Positions 13,171 through 25,454 of a stretch of 64,000 nt of DNA are shown here, piece after piece. Source of the stretch: Malacoraja senta (Eukaryota); contig JAXLNO010003783.1 in assembly GCA_038087875.1 (NCBI GenBank), positions 62,001-126,000 of the forward strand, written 5' to 3'. Within the stretch, counting starts at the first letter, position 1, and every line of letters starts with the position of its first letter. Made by a program: the position numbers and the translations under genes. Under the pieces are notes generated by a model. That model saw only the letters and a program-made list of their open reading frames with translations. It searched no databases and was not told where the DNA came from.

Positions 13171-13559
13171 ACTGAGGATATCTTGAATTACAAAAGCAAT
13201 ATTTTGGGCTCATCACCAACCATACCAGCACCTGCATTCTTTATATGGTACATTGATATGGAGTTTATTGCATTGAAACAGGCCCACAAGCCTGCCCTGT
13301 TGTTCAATACAACCCCTCAGTCATTCCTGATCTGGTTTGATTAGGATGCAAATAAAAGCTTTTCACTATATCACAATACAAGTGACAATAATAAACCAAT
13401 ACCAATGCTATTGTGTAAGTTCTCCCCATATCGGATATAGATCCTTGATAAATGTGTAGACACTATCGCCGTCTATATCCACCACCATTTGCTCCATAGT
13501 TTCAATTTCCAAACTAGCTTCCAATATAACTGTTTTACAGAATTCCATTTTGAGTTGAA

Positions 13560-13770
13560 AGATACAACATGGAAACAGGCCCTTCAGCCCACCATGCTGA
13601 CCACCGGTCACCCCTTCATACTAGTTCAATGTTATCCCACTTTTTTGTCCAATCCCCACACACACTAGGGGAAATTTACAGATGTCAATTAACTGACAAA
13701 CCCACACACCTGTGGAATGTGGGAGAAAACCAGAGCACCCGGGAAGAACCCAGATGGTCACAGGAAGAAG
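13560..13770 (-). mobile_element. V-SINE 3' half
   Basis: gatacaacatggaaacaggcccttcagccc...tgtgggagaaaaccagagcacccggg. Confidence 0.75.
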
Positions 13771-14696
13771 GAACAAAATCTATACAGTAGCTAGACAAAA
13801 ATGCTGGAGAAACCCAGGGGGTGAGGCAGCATCTATGCAGCGAAGGAATAGTTTTGGGTCAAGACCCTTCTTGGAGGGTTTCGACCAGAAACGTCGCCTA
13901 TTCCTTTGCTCCATAGATGCTGCCTCACCCGCTGAGTTTCTCCAGCATTTTTGTCTACCTTCGATTTTTCCAACATCTGCAGTTCTTTCTTAAAGAAAAT
14001 CTACACAGACAATACCAGAGGTCAGGATCTAACGCTGGTCTCTGGTGCTGTGAGGCAGCAGCTCTACCTGCTGTGTACAGTGTTTGGTTTCCTCCTTTTT
14101 GTTCTGCATTGTAATGATTCAAGTCAGGATAGGCATTGGATTTATGGGTCTCCTGAATGGTAACATAAGGAGCAGTTAGCAGCATAAGAATGGAGTTATC
14201 TGAAACGTAATTACAGTTCCAGGCAACTACGCCCTGCCTTTCCATTCCATTTGCTATAGAGTGCGATAAAACCAAAGTGCTGGAGTAACTCAGCAGGTCG
14301 GGCAACATCTCTGGAGGACATTGACAGGCGCTGTTTCAGATTGGGACCCTACTTCAGACTGACAATAGTCACCTATCCTTTTTCTCCAAAGATGCTGCTC
14401 GACCCGTTGAGTTACTCCAGCGCTTTGTGTCTATCGTCACCTATCTATGCCCTCCGGAGTTGTGACCTGACCTGTTGAGTTACACCAGCACTTTGTGTCT
14501 TTTGTTGTTGTAAATCAGCATCAGCACCTCCTCGTGTCTCCATTACAGTCAATTGTTTCCTGCTGGTTCAATGACATCGCTCGACAACTGGTGTTGACCC
14601 GTGGTATTTTGATTCTGATTGCATGATGAGATCCTGCTTTGATGTTGGTGAAGTTTGGCTCAGTTGCTGCTGTTGATGTGAGAGGTTGTGCGTGAA

Positions 14697-14748
14697 ATGA
14701 TTCTGTTCATCTTGTTGAGTTTCTTCCGCGTACAAGGGGCTCAAGCAG
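14697..14748 (+). CDS. MHC class I exon 1, leader peptide MILFILLSFFRVQGAQA(G)
   Basis: ATG at 14697 with an in-frame TGA upstream at 14679. Hydrophobic core, A-x-A cleavage motif and a phase-1 donor g|GTAAGT at 14749. Joins alpha1 to give mature N-terminus GPHTL (cf. GSHSL). Confidence 0.8.
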
Positions 14749-15044
14749 GTAAGTTAATGATTCTCATTTAATTCGCTACTGGCTAAAAGCGTCTTGGCTT
14801 TATCTCAATCTTCACCGGAGGCGACTGAGTTTTAAAAAGCGCGCAATACACATTAAGTCTGATTCATGGTTCATGCGGACGGACGTTAAAAGGGTTTAAT
14901 CTCCACTGTTTCAGTACAATCCAGACTGGAATTTCTGCTTTGATTTGCACAATGCCCCGTTTCCTTTGTGGAAGAAGGAACTACAGATATTGGTTTAAAC
15001 TGATTTTAACTCGTGTAAAACAAACAGGAGCGAGGCATTCACTA

Positions 15045-15955
15045 GGGTTTCCTCGCTGCTCCGCTCTTGCTCTCCCTTCCCCCCACATTCGTAACAAGGA
15101 CAGAGTCCCCCTTGTCCTCACCTTCCACCCCATCAGCCGTCGCACAGCATATGATCCTCCATCATTTTTTGCCACCTCCAACAGGATCCCAATACTGGCC
15201 ACATCTTCCCATCTCCACCTCTTTCTGCTTTCCGTGGAGACCATTCCCTCCGAAATTCCCTGGTCAACTCGTCCTTTTCCACCCAAACCACCCCCTCCCC
15301 AGGTACTTTCCCCTGCAACCGCAGGAGATGCAACACGTGTCCCTTTCCCTCCCTTCTCGACTCCATCCAAGGACCCAAACAGTCTTTCCAGGTGAGGCAG
15401 AGGTTCACTTGCACCTCCTCCAACCTCATCTACTGTATCCGCAGTTGCAGGTGTCAACTTCTCTACATCAGTGAGGCCAAGCACAGGCTCGGCAATCATT
15501 TCACTGAACTACTCCGCTCTGTCCATCTTAACCTACCTGATCTCCTGGTTGCTCAGCACTTCAACTTCCCCTCCCATTCACAATCTGACCTTTCTGTCCT
15601 GGGCCTCCTCCATTGTCAGGGTGAGGCCCAGTGCAAATTGGAGGAATAGCACCTCATATTTCACTTGGGTAGTTTACACCCCAGCGGTATGAACATTGAC
15701 TTCTCTAACTTTAAATTGCCCTTGCTTTCCCTCTCTATCCCCTCCCCCTTCCCAGTTCTTCCACTAGTCTTAGTGTCTTCAACTACATTCTATCTTTGTC
15801 CCGTCAACTCCCCTGACATCAGTCTGAAGAAGGGTCTCGACCCGATAGGTCGCCCATTCCTTCTCTCCAGAGATGCTGCTGGCCTGCTGAGTTACTCCAG
15901 CATTTTGTGTCTACCTTCAAGTTAAACCAGCATCTGCAGTTCTATCCTACACAAA
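15045..15955 (+). mobile_element. Penelope-like element 3' part, sense orientation, about 300 bp into MHC intron 1
   Basis: Frameshifted GIY-YIG ORF (NLIYCIRSCRCQLLYISEAK). pLTR end with a hammerhead-like core whose GAAA reads GATA (about 15834-15856). Confidence 0.9.
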
Positions 15956-16189
15956 GTGCATTGTTTGACAGGTTCAAGTTTATGGCCAAATTCCTCGTAT
16001 GTTGCAAAACATACTTGGCGAATAAAGTGTGATTCTGATTCTGATTGATCTGATTCTGAAATGTGGGAAGAGAGCGAGGCACTAGTACAATGCAAAATCA
16101 TTAAAAGATTAGCACACACTGTGGATTTTGCTATTGACTGAGTGACAACTCTTAGCTCCAAACGTGCGGTCGTAACGTTTATGTTGTTT

Positions 16190-16670
16190 AGTAGTGATGT
16201 GGCCAAGTTTGCAGATGATGCTAAAATAGGTGGAGGGGCAGGCAGTGTAGAGGATGCAAGGACTTTGCAGAAGGACTTGTTCGGGTTAGGAGAGTGGGCA
16301 GAGAAGTGGCAGATGAAATCCAGTATAGCAAAGTGTGGAGACATGCATTTTGGTAATAAGAATAAAGGCGTAGATTATTTTACAAATGGAGAGAGAATCC
16401 AGAAATCGGAGGCACACAGTGACATGGGAGTGTTGGTGCAGGACTCCTAAAAGGTTAATTTGCAAATTGAATCGGTAGTCAGGAAGGTGATTTATATCAA
16501 GAGGACTGGAATACAAAAACAGAAAATGCCGCCCGATTTGTAAGAGTGTCAAAGGTCACAGGGAGATGACAGGAGAACGGCACTGAGAGGGAACGATAGG
16601 TCAGCCATGATTAAATTGTGGAGTAAACTCGATGGGCTGAACAACCAAATTCTGCACCTTTGACTTATGA
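16190..16670 (+). mobile_element. CR1 RT fragment and 3' end
   Basis: VAKFADDAKIGG...KWQMK...KCGDMHFG. Confidence 0.8.
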
Positions 16671-17814
16671 AGTGAGTCAAAGTTCAGAACATGAGGGATG
16701 ATCTTTTTATTTCTCCCCAGACTGGTGTGTCTGGAACCAAAATTCACAGTTTAAAAATAAGGCTTCAGACATTCTTATGGCACCAAAACATGGTGACACT
16801 TGTGTATTGCCTAGGTTAGGTCTGCTATATGATTTTACCGTTGTATGCGAAACAAAGTATTTCACTGTACCTAGGTGCATGTGACAATAAAATATCATTG
16901 AATCGTTGAATTCAGTGCAGTAATGAGATGAAATCTTTTCACCCAGAGGGTAATTAGTCTTTCAAATTCTCTGTCCAAGAAGGCTGTGGGCATTCAGTCA
17001 ATCAGATGCTTGAGGCAGGGATAGGAAGATGCTTGGATACAAAAGGAATCCAGAATTCGGAAAAATGGTTGTCTGCTGGAGGATCGGTTATGATCTTATA
17101 GAATATCAGAGATTGGGAACAAAGGATGAATGGCAACATTTTGCTGATGTTAGGTTTGATCCCACTCCACAAGAGAATCCAGAAGGAAAGAGAGTATAGA
17201 GTGTTCAATTGTCATATGTGCTGACTACAAAACAATGAAATTCTTGTAGCAGCTTAGCAGACCTGTAAGACAAAACAAATAGATAACATACTAAAAATCC
17301 AGTTAATTGATAATCCCAATACATGTGCAAAAACACCTCGAATGCTTAGTTTAACCAAAGACAGTCCATAGGTCTACAGGGTCCGACTCGACACATTACC
17401 TATCCATGCTGCCTGATCTGCTGAGTTACTCCAACACTTTATTTTGTTCATTAATCATAGCTGAGTGTAGTGTCGTTCAGGGTTCAATATACGAGAAGAT
17501 TTTAATGATCACATTCCAACACGCATCTCTAGAGCAAAACAAAACAATGACATTCTCCTTTGATGGTAATAATCTAATTTGGTGAAAGGGGAAACAGGCT
17601 TAGATATAAAGAATAACATATTTATAGCAGTTCCAATGTAGGAAAATGCTTCAATGAGATTCGTAAGAATATTATTCTGTAACATTTTACTTCGAGCAGT
17701 ATAATGGCATGACATGACAATTAGCAAAATAAACATTTAAGGTGCATCTTAAAGGAAGGGATATTTAGAGAGCAATTCTATGACTTAGGCCTGCTCTTCA
17801 GATGAAATACTTAA

Positions 17815-18085
17815 ATTTGTGAATAATCAGGAAGTTATACTGCCCGGTTCATCGTGGGTTCTGACCTCACCACCATCTAAGGGATCCACACGAGACGCTG
17901 CCTCAAAAAGGAAGGCAACATCATCCCCCTGGCCACGCTTTCATTACCTCCCACCATGGGGAAGAAAGTATAGGTGTCTGAAAACCATGACAACCAGGTT
18001 CAAGAATAGCTTCTTCCCAACAACTATCACGCACTTGAACAATACACAACGCTAACCTCAACTGTGAAATTGTATGGACTGTATG
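17815..18085 (+). mobile_element. Rex1/Babar-type LINE 3' fragment
   Basis: GRKYRCLKTMTTRFKNSFFP. Confidence 0.75.
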
Positions 18086-20058
18086 CATGCCGAGGGAGGA
18101 GCTGCGTAGGAAGGAACTGCAGATGCTGGTTTAAACCGAAGATAGACACAAAATGCTGGAGTAACTCAGCGGGTCCGACAGCGACTCTGGAGAAAAGGAA
18201 TAGGTAGCGTTTCAGGTCGAGACCATTCTTCAGACTGATAGTCAGGGGAAAGGGAAACGAGAGATACAGGCGGTGATATAGAGATATATAAGAACAAATG
18301 ATTGAAAGATATGCTTTGAATGAAAGAGCTGTTGGTCTTAGATATTTAAATACAATGATCAGAGTTTAAAATCTGAATATTTTTCAATCAGAAAGATGAT
18401 GGGTGAATGGGATGGAGCAAGTTAGCACAATGATGACAAAGTTTGAAGAAGGGCCTCAATCTGATACATCACCCATTCCTATTCTCCAGAGATGCTGCCT
18501 GACCCACTGAGTTATTCCAGCATTTTGTGTCTAACGCTAAGTGCTGGAGTAACTCAGCTGGTCAGGCAGCATCTCTGGAGAACGTGGCTAGATGACGTTT
18601 AGGGTAAACACCCTTCCACAGAGTGAAGAAGGGGTCTTGACCCGAAACATCGATCCATCATCACATATCCGTGATCTCCAGGGATGCTGCCGGACCCACT
18701 AAGGTGCTCCAGCACTTTGCGTCTCTTTGTGAACCAACATTTGTAGTTCCTTGTTTCTACAGTGTAAATTGACTGTCATTTGTAGGTAAGTGATAGAATC
18801 TGGAGAGAGATGATGGGAACTTGCAGAGAATAAGAATGGGTTGGTCAAGAGCAAGAGTTTAATTGTCATCTGTACTGGCAATGGAACAATGAAATTCTTA
18901 TACACATATTAAATATACAACAATCAATGGTAAAATAAATTACTATTAGTTATACTAGGTAACCAGACCATAACAGTGGAAAAACAAACGTCCTTACTGC
19001 AACCAAAATAAAGTCCATCACAGATCAGAGTTGTTGAGGTAAGGTTGTGGTTCGTGTTGTGCAGTGTTTAAATGCCTGCTGCTCATGAGAAAAAAGCTGC
19101 TCTTAAACCTGGAGCTAACAGTTCTCAGGCTCTCTAACCTCAGAGACAGTTGATTGGTTCAACGGTATTTTATTTGTGGCAAGTACCGAGGTACAGTGAA
19201 ATTCATTATTGTATACAGTTTAGTACAAGTATCACTATACATAAGTCCTTAGATACATCTTAGATAAGCATCTCAGATACAGTACAAGTGTATAGCAGTA
19301 GTACGCTGAGACAGTATACAGTGTCGCCAGTTTATGGTGCCATTTTCACGTCCCAGTTGTTGTAAGTGAGGGTTCTTGGCCTGACCATGAGGCCCATTGT
19401 CCTGGTGTTGTTGCAGGGTTGACCTGTCCAATCGAAGCTGTGGTGTCCTCTACTGCTGCAGGGCGCTACTGGTCCATGTGCCCGGCCTCTTGGAGCGGCA
19501 CCTGGAACAGCCAAGCCCCAGGCTGCTGCAGGGCCTCCAGCACCCACTCCACTGTTGAGGCAGTCCATTCCCTCCCACAGCCTGTCTGCCTATAAGCCAT
19601 CGATCTGACTCCTTCCACTCTGGGCGGGCGAGCTGGGCCTTCCAGATGGGTCCTCCATCCACGGTCCACAGCGAGCAAGAACTCAGTCCGTGATGGATGG
19701 GCCAGATCTTCCGGGCGAATTCCTGGTCCAGGGTGGCTGGCCCTGAGAGTATGGCCAGGATGGTGTGGGTCTCTGATGATATTAGCTGTCTTTCTGAGGC
19801 AGCACCTCCTGTAGATCTATTCAATGGTGGGATGGAATGGTATGGAATGAGTGCTTCATGGTCAGAGTGGACTGTCGGCTGAAGGTTCTGTTTGTGTGTC
19901 TCTGTGACTATATGTGTGGAGAAGGCTTCAAAAGAGTAGGCGAAGGGGCATTCTAAATGATGGGATGCACATATCATTGTAAACGGGGCCCTCAAAGTAT
20001 TGATCTGTAAAATGCTAAATCTGCATTTCATTGCAGGGGACTAGAGTTTAGTCCCCTG

Positions 20059-20156
20059 TCTGAAGAAGGGTTTCGGCCCGAAACGTTGCCTATTTCCTTC
20101 GCTCCATAGATGCTGCTGCACCTGCTTTGTTTCTCCAGCATTTTTGTGTACCTTCG
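20059..20156 (+). mobile_element. Minimal (98 nt) PLE-derived insertion: hammerhead core plus 3' tail, 11-bp TSD
   Basis: TSD ACTAGAGTTTA at 20040-50 and 20157-67. Intact core at 20060-20087. Confidence 0.85.
20060..20087 (+). ncRNA. Minimal type-I hammerhead ribozyme motif
   Basis: CTGAAGA-A-GGGT(TTCG)GCCC-GAAA-CGTT: core, stem II with UUCG loop, palindromic ACGU stem III and GUU site. Stem I is only about 2 bp as read, so activity is untested. Confidence 0.65.
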
Positions 20157-20389
20157 ACTAGAGTTTAATGGTAGCCAATCCACATAAACACTTGTCCTTG
20201 TCTATGGAGAGTTTTGCAGACGGCTCCAATTACAATAAATTAATATATAACGAGTGGGGTACAAGAAGATACATTCCTTTTATCCATAGATGCTGCCTGT
20301 TCCACTGCGTTACTCCAGTATTTTGTCTCTATCTTTGGTGTAAGCCAGCATCTGCAGTGCCTTCCTACACAGACACAAGAAGGATCCCA

Positions 20390-20840
20390 ACAATGGGTTC
20401 TGTTTGTATGGAGTTGATACGTTCTCCCTGTGACCGCTCGGCTTTCCTCTGGGTGCTCAGAGGGCAGTGGAGGCCGGTTCTCTGGATACTTTCAAGAGAG
20501 AGCTAGATAGGGCTCTTAAAGATAGCGGTGTCAGGGGATATGACAAGAAGGCAGGAACGGGGTACTGATTGGGGATGATCAGCCATGATCACATTGAATG
20601 GCGGTGCTGGCTCGAAGGGCCAAATGGCCTACTCCTGCACCTATTGTCTATTCTCTATTGTCTATTGTTTCGTCCCAGGTTCCAAAGACGTGTGGGTTTG
20701 TAGGTTTATTGGCCGCTGTAAATTGCCCTGAGTGTGTTGGATGTGAAACGGGGAAAACATAGAAATAGTGTATGGGTGATTGATGGTCAGTGAAGACTCA
20801 GTGGGCAGAAAGGCCTGTTTCCATGCTGCATCTGCTAAAA
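20390..20840 (+). mobile_element. V-SINE interrupted by a CR1 3' end (about 20462-20665)
   Basis: The V-domain breaks after gggtgctc and resumes at tttcgtcccagg. The insert carries a CR1 3' UTR and (ctattgt)n tail. Confidence 0.75.
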
Positions 20841-20958
20841 AAGATTGGTGAGCATGATACCCGAATTCAAACGTCACAGAGAAACCAACACATTTTAGTT
20901 TGTACAGACAAGAACACCCAAGAATGTTTGTATTCAAAGAGAACAACAAAGTAATAAA

Positions 20959-21743
20959 AGGTACACAAAAATGCTGGAGAAACTCAGCGGGTGCAGCAGC
21001 ATCTATGGAGCGAAGGAAATAGGTAAAGTTTCGGGCCGAAACCCTTCTTCAGACTGATAGGGGGTGGGGAGAAGAAAGGAAAAAAGGAAAAAGGCGGAGG
21101 AGGAGCCCGAGGGCTGGGGGAGGGGAGGAAACAACCAGATGTCTGATGAAGGGGAGGGGACAGCAAGGGCTAGCAGAATTGGGAGAATTCAATGTTCAGG
21201 CCCCCAGGATGTAGACTGCCCAAGCGGAATATGAGGTGCATTTCCTCCAATTTACGGTGTTGCTCGCTGTGGCCATGGAGGAGACCCAGGACAGAGAGGT
21301 CAGATACGGAATGGGAGGGGGAGTTGAAGCGCTGAGCCACCGGGAGTTCAGGTTGGTTATTGCGGACCGACCGGAGGTGTTCGGCGAAACGATCGCCAAG
21401 CCTCCGCTTGGTCTCACCGATGTAGATCAGCTGGCATCTAGAGCAGCGAATGCAATAGATGAGGTTGGAGGAGATGCAGGTGAACCTCTGTCGCACCTGG
21501 CATGACTGCTTGGGTCCTTGAATGGAGTGGAGGGGGGAGGTGAAGGGACAAGTGTTGCATCTCTTGCGGTTGCAAGGGAAAGTACCAGGGGAAGGGGTGG
21601 TATGGGAGGGAAGGGAAGAATTGACAAGGGAGTTACGGAGGGAGCGGTCTTTGCGGAAGGCAGACATGGGGGGAGATGGGAAGATGTGGCGAGTGGTGGG
21701 GTCACGTTGGAGGTGGCGAAACTGACGGAGGATCACTTGTTGT
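20959..21743 (-). mobile_element. Young Penelope-like element 3' part with 8-bp TSD
   Basis: GIY-YIG ORF (part of 21170-22012). TSD GTAATAAA at 20951-58 and 21744-51. Near-identical to the copies at 24347 and 31495. Confidence 0.9.
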
Positions 21744-22662
21744 GTAATAAAGGTTTGCAGGTAAAAAGTCCAACAGTGAGCATTGCTTAATCTAATCTGA
21801 TACTTAGAACATTGTAGACGTAGGGCATTCAGCTCAGGGAGGCTGTCCCATTGAGGGGGACAAGAACAAAGGGGGTACTGTGGGGATGGGGGCGCCACTA
21901 AGAACAAAGGGGGAACTGGTGGGGATAGGGTCTGTTGCCATGTGCGGCAACAGGCAGTGGATAGGACTGTTCGGTACTTTGTAACTTTGTCTGCGCCAAC
22001 ACATGATGACATTTTTGTACTGTCTAGGTTCAGTTTAGTTTATTGTCACGTGTACCGAGGTACAGTGAAAAGCTTTTAGTTGCTTACTAACCAGTCAGTA
22101 GAAAGACAATACATGATTACAATCAATGCATTTACAGTGTAGAGACACATGATAAAGGAATAATGTTTAATGCAAGGTGAAGCCAGCAAAGTCCGGTCAA
22201 GGATAGACCGAGGTTGTATGGAAATGGAGGGTTATGGTCTGAGTGCAGGTAGATGGGACTAGGGGGAAGTATTTTTTTTTTTTTTAATTTAATGTTCGGC
22301 ACGGACTTGAAGGGCCGAGATGGCCTGTTTCCGTGCTGTAATGGTTATATGGTTATATGGTTATATGCTGGTTAACATAAAAAGATACAGTGTTGGAATA
22401 ACTCAGTGGGACAGGCAGCATTACTGGAGAGCGTGGGATGCTAAGGTTTTGGGTCAGGACCATATGGAAAACAAAGCATTTCACTATAACCAGGTACCCT
22501 GGGTACATGTGACAATACAGTATCATTCAATCATTCTTTCATTCATCAGTCCTATTCCTCACAATTTATTTTCCATATAACACAGGCACCCACGGCCACC
22601 AATGCTCCTTTGATTTTCTTTGCCATTTACGTGTGTTGATCTGGCTAATGGGTTTTGTGAAG

Positions 22663-22950
22663 TACAGCACAGTGGTGCAATGGTAGAGAGTTGCTGCCTC
22701 ATAGCGCCAGAGACTTCAGGTCTGTCTATGTGGAGTTTGCACATTTTCACTGTGGGTTTCCTCCAGGTGTTCCGGTTTCCTCCCACAACCCAAAGGCATG
22801 CAGCTTTGTAGGTTAATTGGCCTATGTAAATTGCCCCATGTGTATAAAGAGTGGACAAGAAAGTGGAATAACTAGAGTGAATGGGAGATCAATGGTCAGC
22901 ATGGACTCAGTGGGCCGAAGGGCCTGTTTCCGCTATAACTCTAAACTAAC
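22663..22950 (+). mobile_element. V-SINE (HE1-like)
   Basis: Head cagcacagtggtgcaatggtagag, V-domain and tail gggccgaagggcctgtttcc. Confidence 0.8.
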
Positions 22951-23499
22951 CTTAAAACCCACTAAAATTACTGATTTATTGCAAGTAGCTAGATTCAAAA
23001 CTATTTAAACTACTGAAGATGGGTCCTGACTCAAAACATTACCTGTCCATTCCAGCCACAGATGCTGCCTGACACTGAGTTCCTCCAGTATTTCATTGCT
23101 CAAGATTCCAACATGTCTCGATATTAACTACTTGTTTGAATAACACTGTTGTTTGGTATTTTTATGATCTTTTTACGGTAGAATTGCATGCTGAAATGTT
23201 CATACCTTGAACATAGTTGAAAAGGATAGTAATTCATTAATGCATGCAGGAATAGTATTATTAAAATTGACTTTGGTAAAATACCGAATACACTGGCAAT
23301 ATGCAATAGGTCAGGCCGCATCTGTGGACAGGAAAGCAGAATGTTTCAGGCCAGAGACCCTTCAGGACTGGGAAGGAGGAGAAAGAAGAAGAGATGAAAA
23401 GACAAAAGGAATTAAAGAATGGTGAATTGTGAAAATAGAGGAATGGATGAAGGGGACGGGGGAGGGCAGAAATAGATGCAAGTCCAGATGGGGCACAGG

Positions 23500-24345
23500 G
23501 GAGGGGAAGAAATGGGGGGGGGGGTAGGTTACCTAAAATTCTCATCACTTCCCACCCAAACCATCGCATCCCAGGTAATCTCCCCTGCAACTGCGGATGT
23601 AACATCTGTTCCTGTACCTCCTCTGTGGTCTGTCTCGAGGGACCATAGCAGCCCTTCTAGGTGAGACAAGAGATTCATGTACACCTTCTCTAAACTGTTC
23701 TATTGCATCCGGTGTTCCCAATGTGGCCTCCTGTATATCGACGAGACCAAGCATTGACTCCACGACCATTTCGCCGAAAACATGCACTGCATCTGCCATG
23801 GACTTCTGCACTGGATCTCCTGGTTGCTAACCGTGTGAACTTCCTTTCCAATTGCCATATTGACCTTTATGTTTTGGGTCTCCTCCATTGCCAGTGTGAG
23901 GTCATATGCAAACAGCCCCTAACATTCTTCTTGGGTAGCTTTCAACCTGATGGTGTGAACATTGAACTCGCCAATTTTAGGAAACATAAGCCCTACTCTC
24001 CTCCTCCTCCCCTTTCTCCCCCACACCCATATTTCTCCCCACTGTTGCCCCCCTCCCCTGTAGCCCACCTGGACTAGCACCTATTTCCCTCCTCACCCCC
24101 TTCCTTCTAAATTTGCCATTTGCAACTTTTCAATTATTTTGTTGCACACCTTCTGTATTTTTAACTCTGGCCCTTGTCAAATAATCTCCCTATCAACTCC
24201 CCCCATTACCGCCTCCTCACCTATGTCCACATCTTACCTGCCCCTCCTTTCATCCAGTTAATTTCATCTCCCCCTCCCCCTCCCCTCTACAATGCCCATA
24301 CCAAACCCCCCCCCCCCCAACCTCCCACAATTAGTCTGAAGAAGG
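23500..24345 (+). mobile_element. Old degenerate Penelope-like element 3' part (continues at 24804-24900)
   Basis: Degenerate GIY-YIG (ctcctgtatatcgacgagaccaagc...gggtctcctccattgccag). The pLTR is split by a younger insertion. Confidence 0.7.
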
Positions 24346-24346
24346 A

Positions 24347-24803
24347 GGTACACAAAAATGCTGGAGAAACTCAGCGGGTGCAGCAGCATCTATGGAGCGA
24401 AGGAAATAGGCAACGTTTCGGGCCGAAACCCTTCTTCAGACTGATAGGGGGTGGGGAGAAGAAAGGAAAAAAGGAAAAAGGCGGAGGAGGAGCCTGAGGG
24501 CTGGGGGAGGGGAGGAGACAACCAGAGGGCTGATGAAGGGGAGGGGACAGCAAGGGCTAGCAGAATTGGGAGAATTCAATGTTCAAGCCCCCAGGATGTA
24601 GACTGCCCAAGCGGAATATGAGGTGCATTTCCTCCAATTTACGGTGTTGCTCGCTGTGGCCATGGAGGAGACCCAGGACAGAGAGGTCAGATACGGAATG
24701 GGAGGGGGAGTTGAAGTGCTGAGCCACCGCGAGGTCAAGTTGGTTATTGCTGACCGACCGGAGGTGTTCGGCGAAACGATCGCCAAGCCTCCGCTTGGTC
24801 TCG
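24347..24803 (-). mobile_element. Young Penelope-like element 3' part inserted into the hammerhead core of an older PLE
   Basis: TSD AGTCTGAAGAAGG at 24333-45 and 24804-16. ORF ETKRRLGDRFAEHLRSV...LIFRLGSLHPGGLNIEF. Confidence 0.9.
24412..24439 (-). ncRNA. Minimal type-I hammerhead ribozyme motif
   Basis: Reverse complement reads CTGAAGAAGGGTTTCGGCCCGAAACGTT. Confidence 0.65.
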
Positions 24804-25454
24804 AGTCTGAAGAAGGATCCTGTTCCACAACACCACATATCCATGTTTTCCAATGATACTGCCTGACCCGTCGAGTTGTCCCAGCACTTTGTGTCTTTTT
24901 CCAGGAGAAAAAAAAGAAGCATGTTAAGCTGCAGGAAGTGTGGGGGAGGGAGAATGTCTTTCAATGATAGACACAGAAAGCTGGAGTAACTCAGTGGGAC
25001 AGGCAACATCTCTGGAGAGAAGGAATGGGTAACGTTTCGGGTCGAGACCCCTTTTCAGACTTTCCAAGCCTTATCTGGTAGAATTTAATGAGATAGACAT
25101 CTGTTTGTGGTCGAATGCATTATCTGAAAGCTGAATGTAAATTGTACTGTTAAGGCTTTACAATACGTCATTGGTAAAAATGTGCATGGATTGAGCATAT
25201 GGGCTTAATTGTCCTCCTGCTTTGAAGGAAAGCTCACAGCATGTCTCAATTGCATGTCAACCTAGTATCATAAAAACAACTACTGTAGGAACTCAGGTGG
25301 TAGAGGAACACCTTTGTAAGAAGGAACTGCAGATGCTGGTTTACACTGAAGATAGACACAAAATGCTGGAGTAACTCAGTGCAGCATTTCTGGCAAAAAT
25401 AAATAGGTGACATTTCAGGTTGAGACCATTCCTCACATCTTCAAGAGTCAAGAG

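Noticed and set aside
14561-14625. Possible SXY promoter module (TGACATC at 14572, CTGATTG at 14615) upstream of the leader exon
   Set aside because: Both motifs are imperfect, the 36-nt spacing is longer than in canonical modules, and no clear S/X1 box or ISRE was seen.
19450-20031. 193-aa minus-strand ORF
   Set aside because: It crosses a patchwork of Rex1-like and other repeat fragments and has no coherent domain.
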